The notes below the pieces were generated by a model. It worked only from the letters and a program-made list of their open reading frames with translations, searched no databases and was not told the origin of the DNA. Shown one piece after another: positions 40,485-48,428 of a stretch of 64,000 nucleotides of DNA (within the stretch, counting starts at the first letter, position 1; each line of letters starts with the position of its first letter). A program made the position numbers and the translations under genes. Source of the stretch: an uncultured bacterium (GTDB lineage Bacteria > Patescibacteriota > JACMRA01); NCBI GenBank assembly GCA_963704645.1, contig OY969926.1, positions 32,001 through 96,000 of the forward strand. Reading direction: 5' to 3'.

Positions 40485-40952
40485 ATGCCAAATTTAGAAT
40501 CACAAAAATACAGAGCTAGTGTTGCTGGAATGTTCATTAAAGATAACAGAGAGGTTCTTTTAGTACAAAACAATTCGTTTGGTGCCGATGAGTGGGATTT
40601 TCCTAAAGGAGGTATGAATCTGGGCGAAGACGAAGAAGATACTTTGAAAAGAGAGATACAAGAAGAGCTTGGTGACAAAATTAAATATTCAATAATTAGA
40701 GCAAGTTCATGCAATATAATTTACACTTGGTCTAAAGAAAAGCAAGCAAGGGAGGGTATGCGTGGTCAGGCAAGAATTAGTTATTGGTTAAAATATATTG
40801 AAGAAGAAATTGAAATTGATACAAGCGAACTTAGAGACTATAAATGGGTAGCAGTGACAGAATTGGAAGAAGTTCTGAAAAAGTCTAACTGGCCTTTAGA
40901 AATAGTTGAAAGTCTATTGTTTGATTTAAAAAGTGTATTAAGACAGGTATAG
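40485..40952 (+). CDS. Nudix hydrolase (RppH-like)
   Basis: YRASV, WDFPKGGMNLGE...REIQEELG and RGQ. Confidence 0.88.
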   Translation: MPNLESQKYRASVAGMFIKDNREVLLVQNNSFGADEWDFPKGGMNLGEDEEDTLKREIQEELGDKIKYSIIRASSCNIIYTWSKEKQAREGMRGQARISYWLKYIEEEIEIDTSELRDYKWVAVTELEEVLKKSNWPLEIVESLLFDLKSVLRQV

Positions 40953-41130
40953 TTTGGGCAATAGCCCTAATACTCCCCCGCTCAATTTCCTGAACTATTA
41001 CTTACTCCATTTTTAAAAACGGTATTCCCCCTATTCAAAGCAACCTTAGATTAATTTATTAATTATAATAATTGATTGTTGATTAATATTTATATCAATT
41101 AACTTATAGATTTATAAATTATCTATTGAT

Positions 41131-41430
41131 TTATTTATTGCCATTTAATTTATCAAAATGACTTTTTATCTTCTTAAATTGGTCTGTCATTTGTGGTGGT
41201 TTAGGTTTTATACCTTCAAATAGTTTTTCTAAACTAATTCCTAATACTCCAGCTATATTTACTAGATTATTAAATGATATATTATTCTCCCCTCTTTCCA
41301 CAGCCCCAATAAATGTTCTATGAAGGCCAGACATCATTGCAAGCTCTTCTTGAGATAAATTAAGGCTTTCTCTGGTTAGCTTTATGTTCTTACCTAACTG
41401 TATTAAATAGTTGCTAGAATTGTTTTCCAT
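41131..41430 (-). CDS. XRE-family HTH regulator (C-protein-like)
   Basis: LSQEELA..SGLHRTFIGAVERGENNISF. Confidence 0.9.
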   Translation of the reverse strand: MENNSSNYLIQLGKNIKLTRESLNLSQEELAMMSGLHRTFIGAVERGENNISFNNLVNIAGVLGISLEKLFEGIKPKPPQMTDQFKKIKSHFDKLNGNK

Positions 41431-41477
41431 GAAGCCAATCAAACCTATTTGACAAAGTTTATACTACAGTGTTTGTA

Positions 41478-41497
41478 ATGATGTATATATACATCAT
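41478..41497. promoter_or_regulatory. Perfect 20-bp palindrome, candidate operator
   Basis: ATGATGTATATATACATCAT between divergent genes. Confidence 0.55.
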
Positions 41498-41500
41498 ATT

Positions 41501-41608
41501 ATGAACCACTACTTTACTATTAAAAGAATTATTAAACTGCTATTTGGATTAGTAGTTGGCCTGTTAGTGTTTGCCTTTGTTTGGTGGGTTTTGGCAAGGG
41601 TTGGGTAA
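41501..41608 (+). CDS. 35-aa single-TM peptide
   Basis: MNHYFTIKRIIKLLFGLVVGLLVFAFVWWVLARVG*; below the ORF-track length cutoff. Confidence 0.45.
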   Translation: MNHYFTIKRIIKLLFGLVVGLLVFAFVWWVLARVG

Positions 41609-41680
41609 AAATTTAACCTTCCAAACTTTATTAAAGAAACAACATTGACAAATTATACTATCTGGTATAGTTTAATTATT

Positions 41681-43231
41681 ATGCTTCAAGCAATTATATA
41701 CTGCCGTGTTTCTAGTGAAAAACAGGTAACTCAAGGACATGGTTTAGATAGCCAAGAAAAAAGATGTAGAGGGCACGCAAAAAGTCGGGGTTATAAAGTA
41801 ATTAAAATTTTTAGAGAAGAAGGTGTGTCTGGAAAACATTTAATTAGGCCAGAGATGGAAAATTTAATTCAATACCTTTCTAAAAATGCAACAAAAGAAA
41901 ACCCTGTCGCTGTTATTATTGATGATTTAAAAAGATTCGGCCGTGAAACTGAGAACCACTTTTCTCTCAAAAAGAGGATTTATGATAAAAATGGGTTTCT
42001 TGATTCTCCAAGTTTTAGATTTGAACAAAACCCTAATAACAAATTTCTTGAAACAATGTTGGTGGCACACGGAACTTTAGAACGGGAAGAAAATGCCATA
42101 CATGTTAAAAATAAAATGGTTGCCAGATTAGAATCTGGGTATTGGACAAGTAAAGCACCAACTGGCTATAAAATAGTGAATAAAACTGGAAGTGGTAAAA
42201 TACTAGTTATAGATGAAACTTATGGACCAGTTATAAAACAAGCATTGGAAAACTTTTCAAATCAGATTATTTTAACACAAATTGATTTCTGCAATTATCT
42301 TAACAAGCACGGTGTAAAAATTAGCGCAGAAGGAGCAAGAGGAATTTTAAAAAGTGCTGTTTATGCTGGCTATTTAGGAGGAAATGGGTACACAGTAACT
42401 TTAAGACCAGCAAAGCATGAGGGGTTAATTAATTGGAGTACCTACGAGAAGATACAAGGTTTAATCAAAGGCAAGGCCAAGGTAATATATCACTCAGACA
42501 ACGCTACAGACTTTCCTTTAAGAAACTTTATAAAATGTGCCACTTGCCAAAACTTAATGTGCTCTAATTGGGTTGCAGGAAGAAGTAAAAAATATCCCTA
42601 TTATGTTTGTAAGAACAGGTATTGCGATGAATTTAACAAAAATATTTCAAGGGAAGATGTTGAAAGTGAATTTGTAACCATTTTAGAAACAATAACACCC
42701 AAAGGAAATGTATTAAACTTAGCTGAGGCTATTTTAAAAGATGTTTGGAAAAATCAAGATACAGATAACTCAAAAATCGAAAAGGCTCTTAAAACGAAGC
42801 TAAATGCAATTAAACTAGAGTCTGGAAATATAATTGATAGAATATCTAAGACCGAGAGGCAATCTGTGATCAGCATCTATGAAAATAAGTTAGAGGAAAT
42901 TGAAATTGAAAAAGAAAATTTAACAAACCAAATAAAAAATTTAAATACTAACAAGCCAAACTTTCAAACCAGCTTAAAATTAGTTTTAGAATTTATACAA
43001 AATGTAGGAAATATCTGGTCTAAAGGTAATTTAGAGCTTAAACGTTTGGTTTTAAAATTGGTTTTTGATAACTTCCTAGTTTATAGTAAAAAAGATGGTT
43101 TTCAAACCGCCACTTTATCTGGAATATATCAGCTATTTTCTGTTTTTGTTACTACCAAAACAAGTATGGTGGACCTTAGCGGGTTTGAACCGCTCACCTC
43201 TTCCATGCCATGGAAGCGCTCTACCAAATGA
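41681..43231 (+). CDS. Large serine recombinase (resolvase + recombinase + Zn-ribbon domains)
   Basis: IYCRVSS catalytic Ser, EGVSG, RFGR, APTGY, CATC...YYVCKNRYC, coiled coil; runs through the att core into antisense tRNA. Confidence 0.93.
   Translation: MLQAIIYCRVSSEKQVTQGHGLDSQEKRCRGHAKSRGYKVIKIFREEGVSGKHLIRPEMENLIQYLSKNATKENPVAVIIDDLKRFGRETENHFSLKKRIYDKNGFLDSPSFRFEQNPNNKFLETMLVAHGTLEREENAIHVKNKMVARLESGYWTSKAPTGYKIVNKTGSGKILVIDETYGPVIKQALENFSNQIILTQIDFCNYLNKHGVKISAEGARGILKSAVYAGYLGGNGYTVTLRPAKHEGLINWSTYEKIQGLIKGKAKVIYHSDNATDFPLRNFIKCATCQNLMCSNWVAGRSKKYPYYVCKNRYCDEFNKNISREDVESEFVTILETITPKGNVLNLAEAILKDVWKNQDTDNSKIEKALKTKLNAIKLESGNIIDRISKTERQSVISIYENKLEEIEIEKENLTNQIKNLNTNKPNFQTSLKLVLEFIQNVGNIWSKGNLELKRLVLKLVFDNFLVYSKKDGFQTATLSGIYQLFSVFVTTKTSMVDLSGFEPLTSSMPWKRSTK
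43165..43180 (+). repeat. att core, right junction
   Basis: TATGGTGGACCTTAGC; overlaps the tRNA CCA end and recombinase codons MVDLS. Confidence 0.92.
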
Positions 43232-43242
43232 GCTAAAGGCCC
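43167..43242 (-). tRNA. tRNA-Ala(GGC)
   Basis: GGGCCTTTAGCTCATTTGGTAGAGCG-CTTCC-ATGGCAT-GGAAG...GGTTCAAACCC...TCCACCA; 76 nt with encoded CCA. Confidence 0.97.
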
Positions 43243-43452
43243 TTACCTCTTAAGCAAGTTAAAAGCTTGATAAATTGTCAATTTATAAACAACTAAACAA
43301 CAACTTTTTATACACTTAATTATAGGCAAAACCCCGTAAATTAGCTATGTTTGGCATAAACGGTTAAGAACCTAGTAAAAAAACTTGCATATTATAGAAA
43401 TGTGAATTATATTTAATTATAACTTATAAACAAATGTAAGTTCAAAGTTTGT

Positions 43453-43872
43453 ATGTCAATCATTAAAAAATTCTTAGCTGGTAGCATTTTAGCTCTAGCA
43501 CTTTTCGCCTTTGTTTCAGCTGTTCCAGCTTCCGCACAAAGTTTACTAGCTCCAACATGTGGAGGATCAACAGGCAACGCTTGTCCTTTAATTGGAGACA
43601 CTCAAATTGATGGTTCCAAAGAAGGCCTTTCAGGTATTATTTTAACAATCGCCAGATTTGCAGTTTACATATTAGGAGCTATTGCTGTACTGTTCTTAGT
43701 ATACGGTGGTTTTCTATATGTTACTGACGATGGAAGTGGTTCTAAAGCCAAACAAGGAGGTACAATTTTTAGAAACGCTGTTGTTGGTTTAATTCTAGCC
43801 ATCGCCGCTTTCGCAATTGTAAACGTAATTGGAAGCTTGGTATCTGGAAACTTAGTTGAAGGTATTCAATAA
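43453..43872 (+). CDS. Pilin, VirB2/TrbC-like (CPR type)
   Basis: Signal peptide, then two hydrophobic helices AVLFLVYGGFLYVT...NAVVGLIL. Confidence 0.8.
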   Translation: MSIIKKFLAGSILALALFAFVSAVPASAQSLLAPTCGGSTGNACPLIGDTQIDGSKEGLSGIILTIARFAVYILGAIAVLFLVYGGFLYVTDDGSGSKAKQGGTIFRNAVVGLILAIAAFAIVNVIGSLVSGNLVEGIQ

Positions 43873-43899
43873 ACTTAATTAGTTTAAAAACAAAACAAG

Positions 43900-43916
43900 G
43901 CCCCGAAAGGGGCTTT
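43900..43916 (+). terminator. Probable terminator hairpin
   Basis: GCCCC-GAAA-GGGGC-TTT. Confidence 0.6.
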
Positions 43917-43977
43917 ACATTTTTGCAAAAATATGAGTATAATAGAGGTAGAAGAGTTAATTTAGGAGTTTAGAATT

Positions 43978-44523
43978 ATGAAGAGTTTATTTCCAGCTTT
44001 GTTAGTATTTGGAGGAGCTACCTTAGTTTCTCAGTTATCTTTTTCAGAAAGGGCAATTGCTCAAAACTACATTCCACTGAATTCCCAAATTGTTGAGCGT
44101 TGTAAAATTGCTAGAACATTTGACGCTGAATATCGAGTTGGAGGTGGTTGCAATTTTTTCCATGTGACTGCATACTTTAAGGGAAAATTTAGTAACCCAA
44201 TCGTCAACAATTCATCAGGCTGGATTTTGCTAGAAACTCCAAGCGGCAAACCAATAGGTATTTGCTATAGAGCAGGAACCAAGGTTCACCCGAATCTTTA
44301 TGGGTATCAATGCCAAGATGAAGTATCTCAGCCACAAACAACTTGGCAAAACTCTGGAAACACTGGTTACTACAATCAAACCCCAGTGCAACAACGACCT
44401 ACTTTTAGGGTATGTGCAAATACAGGAACTAGAAATACTACAAGTGTTTCTGGCAAGATTGGAGATTGGCGTTTAAACACCTCAACCACAACCTATCAAA
44501 ATGGAAACGGTTGTAATTACTAA
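43978..44523 (+). CDS. Secreted Cys-containing hypothetical protein
   Basis: TTTACA-17-TATAAT promoter, AGGAG SD and signal peptide. Confidence 0.75.
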   Translation: MKSLFPALLVFGGATLVSQLSFSERAIAQNYIPLNSQIVERCKIARTFDAEYRVGGGCNFFHVTAYFKGKFSNPIVNNSSGWILLETPSGKPIGICYRAGTKVHPNLYGYQCQDEVSQPQTTWQNSGNTGYYNQTPVQQRPTFRVCANTGTRNTTSVSGKIGDWRLNTSTTTYQNGNGCNY

Positions 44524-44651
44524 AAATTTCTTTACCGTTCTGGCTTAGATACAATTTATCAAGCCCATGGGAATAAAATAACAACTTATCGTTCTAGTTA
44601 TCACCTTTGGTAACTAGACTTTTTTATTGGGCGAAAATTTGAATTAAACCT

Positions 44652-44932
44652 GTAGCGGCGAAGCTTGCGAGCCATTAACTCTAAAAATCATATAACTAAT
44701 GGATATCTCGCAAAGTTAAAAATTCCGCTCTGTAGAGGGGTGGCAAATTCGTAGAATTTGACGGGGTGTTTCCGTATAAGAATAACTTTTGTAATACACA
44801 TCTGAAATTTTTTATATTTTAATGACGAATTAAAATAAAACCCGTAGCGGCGAAGCTTGCGAGCCACACACTTTGTAAAATCAATTATAGAATTTTCAAA
44901 ACAAAAAAATGGAGGGACAGGCCCTCCTCTAC
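44652..44932. repeat. REP cluster: family A (44652-44674, 44844-44866), family C (44721-44770) and GTAGA hairpin (44911-44932, -)
   Basis: Exact family A copies; GAGGGGTGGCAAATTCGTAGAATTTGACGGGG; GTAGA-GGAGGG-CCTGT-CCCTCC. Confidence 0.8.
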
Positions 44933-44948
44933 AGTATATACTTATTTC

Positions 44949-45572
44949 TTACTTGCAACTCCACTGACCTGCTTGACCTCTGGCAAACATGTAGGTTGCA
45001 ACGTAGATTTGAGCTTTTGGATCCCAGATACTGGCGTCAGCTAAACCAATTCGTTTTGCATTAGCAGCAAAAGTTTTAGGCATAAACTGGAACAAACCAG
45101 AAGCTCCACTTCCACCACGGTTTACTGCATTAGCACGCCCTCCGCTTTCGCAGTACATAACCCTAATTACTTGGTCTGCATTGCAACCTAGCTCATTGCA
45201 ACGTTCACGAATTAAACTTTCGTAATCGAAACTGGCAAAACTTGTTGAACTTGCTTTTGCTGAAAGAGTAGCTGCAGCTTTTATTTTGTCAGCTTTCTCT
45301 TTAGCAATTCTAGCTTGCTCGGCTTTTTGTTTTTCTTGCTCTTCTGCAATGCGTTTTTCTTCGGCAATGCGTCTGTCTTCTTCAATTTTAGCTTGAATTA
45401 AAGGAAGGGATTGCGTAGTATAATAACTTTGCAAAGTTGTGTAATCAGATGCTAAGGAATTATAACTTCGCACTGAAATTGGTAAATATTCTTGGCTAAT
45501 TGTATTAGCTGAGACTGAAATTGGGTTTATAATAGCTAAAGTTGCTAGTAAAAGGATTTGAGCTTTAAGCAC
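44949..45572 (-). CDS. Lytic transglycosylase (SLT domain) with coiled-coil stalk
   Basis: CESGG...ASGLFQFMPKTF; signal peptide. Confidence 0.88.
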   Translation of the reverse strand: MLKAQILLLATLAIINPISVSANTISQEYLPISVRSYNSLASDYTTLQSYYTTQSLPLIQAKIEEDRRIAEEKRIAEEQEKQKAEQARIAKEKADKIKAAATLSAKASSTSFASFDYESLIRERCNELGCNADQVIRVMYCESGGRANAVNRGGSGASGLFQFMPKTFAANAKRIGLADASIWDPKAQIYVATYMFARGQAGQWSCK

Positions 45573-45719
45573 AGATGTGTTAGGTGGCGAACCTAAGTAT
45601 ATGTTAGCCGTTAAAATTCAGCCTGGAATAGAATATATTATTTGTCAATGTTAGTGCCAAACAAAAACCAAAAGTGCTTTGTAATTCAAGTTTATCCCTC
45701 CCCGGAATGTTGAGGCATT

Positions 45720-45745
45720 GTCACCCCGAACTTGTTTCAGGGTCT
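45720..45745 (+). repeat. Repeat family B
   Basis: GTCACCCCGAACTTGTTTCAGGGTCT. Confidence 0.8.
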
Positions 45746-46058
45746 GAATGTGGAGTGAGACTTCCACAAGGCAAGTAACCAGTTTAGGCCGAGCGCATTC
45801 CCCGTTAACTTTTATCTCAGAATTGTAGAAAAAGAAAAGTACCATACACCATTTTACAAATTCCAATAGGTGCGGCTGCCTCTTCGCTATGAGTATAGCC
45901 ACAAGAATTGAACATTATTGTGTCATCATAATCAGACATGATTGCCAGAAACATGCAAAATACAGATTTGAGTATTTTTTTAAATTCAAGACACCTTCAC
46001 CCAAAAAATATATATCCAACTTCTTCCAAATCTTCTAATAAATCTTAGTTAAACCAAC

Positions 46059-46080
46059 AAAAAACCCACCTAATGGTGGG
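46059..46080 (-). terminator. Intrinsic terminator
   Basis: CCCACC-ATTA-GGTGGG-TTTTTT on the minus strand. Confidence 0.7.
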
Positions 46081-46263
46081 CTAAAGTCTGCAGTCCTAAC
46101 CTCCGCAAACCTTAATTTTATAGAATATCTATACCTAGTTTTAACTTTGAAATTAAACCTAGATTAAAATTCAGAAAGAATAAACTAACAACAAATGTCA
46201 AGATAAAAGCAACAAAGCAGTTAACCCCTTGTCAAAACTGTACTGGCTTGTTTGAATAAAATT

Positions 46264-47865
46264 ATGTTTTCTATCTCCAAGAGACCAACCATTAAAGAAA
46301 TATGGAATTTGTATAAAGAAGAAAAAGCTACGCCTTCTCAAGTTACTCATTTCTTTTTAAATAGATCTAAAGAAGTAGATAAAAAGGTTAAATCAATTTT
46401 ACGTTATACCGAAGAATTAGCAGTTACAGAAACAACCAAAGCTGATCAAATTTTGGAAGAATATATTGCCAAAGGTGATAACTGGTTTGAAGATCTTGTT
46501 GCAAATTATCCACTTTTCGGCATTCCTTATTGTTTAAAAGATATTACCATGGCCCAGGGTGAAGTTTTTTCAGCAGCATCACTTATGTTAAAAGGTTTTG
46601 TTGCCCCCTACTCTTCCACTTTATTTTTGAAGTTAGAAAAAGCTGGAGCAATTTGTATTGGTGTAAGCAACATGGACGAATTTGCCCACGGAGCCAGCAC
46701 CGAAAATTCGGCGTATGCAATAACTACGAACCCTTTTGATGAAAACAGAGTTCCTGGAGGATCTTCAGGCGGAGCTGCAGCTAGTGTAGGTTCTGGTCAG
46801 GTTGTATTTTCTATAGGAACAGACACAGGAGGTTCAATAAGATTACCAGCTAGCTTTTGCGATTGCGTAGGTTTAAAGCCAACATATGGATTGGTTTCTA
46901 GGTATGGCGTAATGGCAATGAGCTCTAGTATGGAGCAGCCCGGACCTATAGCTAACAACACCGAAGATGCACTAAGAATTACTTTAATTTTAATGGGTAA
47001 AGATCAGAAAGATCAAACTAGTATTAACTCTGAAGATTTAGCAACTAAGTTGCAAGAACAGCTGGAAAGTATTGAAAAAATTCAACTTGATGACAAGAAG
47101 AGTGACAAACAATATTCAACATCTAAGCCCTTAAAAATTGGCCTTCCAAAAGAATTTTACAAAGCTGGAATTCATCCAAATATTGTAGCCGCTTTAGAAG
47201 AAACAAAGCAAAAACTAGCAGATGCTGGCCACACCTTTGTGGAAGTTAGCATTCCTGCAATTCAACATGCAATTTCGGTTTACTATTTACTGCAAACCGT
47301 AGAAGTTTCTAGTAATTTAGAAAGGTACGATGGAATTAGATACGCCAACTATGAAAAAGTTGAGAACAAAGATAATTTGTATTATCAGCACAGACAGAAT
47401 TTTTTTGGGGAAGAAGCCAAGCGTAGAATTATGCTAGGAACTTATACTTCTAGCGCTGGTTACTACGATGCTTTTTACAATCAAGCCATGAAAGTAAGAG
47501 AATTAGCCAGACAAGATTTTGCCAAAGCTTTTGAAAGTGTTGATGTTTTGCTAACCCCAGTAAGTACAGATTTCCCATTTTTAATTGGTGCAAAAAGTGA
47601 AGACCCATTAAGTATGTATTTAACCGATGTGTTTACATGTGGAATTAATCCAATTTTAATTCCTGGTCTTGCAGTTCCTTTAGGTCTTTTCTCTTCTAAT
47701 GTTGAGGAAATTAATGAAGGTGAGGACGGCGAGGAAGTAAAAAAGGAAAGTAAAGCAGACTTGGAGAAAGAGGTTAAATTACCAGCTGGATGCCAATTAT
47801 TAGGCCCAGAATTAAGCGAAGCAAACTTGTTCCAATTAGCCAAAGAAATAGAAATTCTTAGGTAA
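46264..47865 (+). CDS. gatA: Asp/Glu-tRNA amidotransferase subunit A
   Basis: NMDEFA, PGGSSGG, GTDTGGSIRLPA, SSNLERYDG and KRRIMLGT. Confidence 0.95.
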   Translation: MFSISKRPTIKEIWNLYKEEKATPSQVTHFFLNRSKEVDKKVKSILRYTEELAVTETTKADQILEEYIAKGDNWFEDLVANYPLFGIPYCLKDITMAQGEVFSAASLMLKGFVAPYSSTLFLKLEKAGAICIGVSNMDEFAHGASTENSAYAITTNPFDENRVPGGSSGGAAASVGSGQVVFSIGTDTGGSIRLPASFCDCVGLKPTYGLVSRYGVMAMSSSMEQPGPIANNTEDALRITLILMGKDQKDQTSINSEDLATKLQEQLESIEKIQLDDKKSDKQYSTSKPLKIGLPKEFYKAGIHPNIVAALEETKQKLADAGHTFVEVSIPAIQHAISVYYLLQTVEVSSNLERYDGIRYANYEKVENKDNLYYQHRQNFFGEEAKRRIMLGTYTSSAGYYDAFYNQAMKVRELARQDFAKAFESVDVLLTPVSTDFPFLIGAKSEDPLSMYLTDVFTCGINPILIPGLAVPLGLFSSNVEEINEGEDGEEVKKESKADLEKEVKLPAGCQLLGPELSEANLFQLAKEIEILR

Positions 47866-47931
47866 AATACACAAGCAAAACTGTATCTGGAATACTTTAA
47901 ATTAAATCAATTTGGCCTAAATTACAAAGCT

Positions 47932-48315
47932 ATGACTTTACAAAATTTCTTCAGAATTCCAGCTGTAAAGCTAACTGTTCATATTTTAATAGTGGCTGGT
48001 CTTGTAACAAATATTTGGCAGTTTTATAGAATTTGGGATATTAACAAAAAAATTGAAAGTGAAAACAGACAATTGCAAATTTTGCAACAGCAAACTAACG
48101 ATGCAAGAAATCAGAAAGATTATTTTAGCAGTGATTTATATAAAGAAAAATACAGCAAACAAGATTTAAACTTTAAGAAGAAAGGTGAGGAAGTCATAGA
48201 CACATCCTTGTTAGAAAACGTGAACGATAGTTCTGGAAATAGCTACATTCCTTCCGCCAGTGCAAACAACAATAGCAACGTTGAAAAATGGCTTATTTAT
48301 TTATTTGGGGAGTGA
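47932..48315 (+). CDS. Septum formation initiator (FtsB/DivIC-like)
   Basis: Single TM, coiled coil, EKYSKQDLNFKKKGEEVI. Confidence 0.65.
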   Translation: MTLQNFFRIPAVKLTVHILIVAGLVTNIWQFYRIWDINKKIESENRQLQILQQQTNDARNQKDYFSSDLYKEKYSKQDLNFKKKGEEVIDTSLLENVNDSSGNSYIPSASANNNSNVEKWLIYLFGE

Positions 48316-48428
48316 AATGGGAGAACGTCATGGAATAGTTTAACGTATACGAGCCTGAACTTTAGAGTTGAAGCCATTCACTGACCGTTAACTTTCGAGC
48401 CCTCAGTAAAACAGATTACAATTTAATT

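Larger units (their letters stand above)
20831..43180. mobile_element. Integrative genomic island (~22.3 kb) in tRNA-Ala(GGC)
   Basis: 16-bp direct repeats, terminal serine recombinase and XRE regulator, accessory cargo between housekeeping flanks. Confidence 0.9.

Noticed and set aside
41645-41680. Upstream TTG starts in the ORF track (41645, 18683, 61719, 56358, 46252)
   Set aside because: The extensions precede the family-typical N-terminus, and some TTGs coincide with -35 boxes; downstream ATGs were chosen
20831-43180. Island as a prophage or self-transmissible ICE
   Set aside because: No capsid, terminase, relaxase or conjugation genes inside the boundaries
45686-45810. Naming the structured element as RNase P, tmRNA, SRP, 6S or a riboswitch
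   Set aside because: Diagnostic motifs not found; kept only as an unassigned finding
45651-45902. 83-aa minus-strand ORF
   Set aside because: Runs through a palindromic repeat and structured element, with no protein-like features
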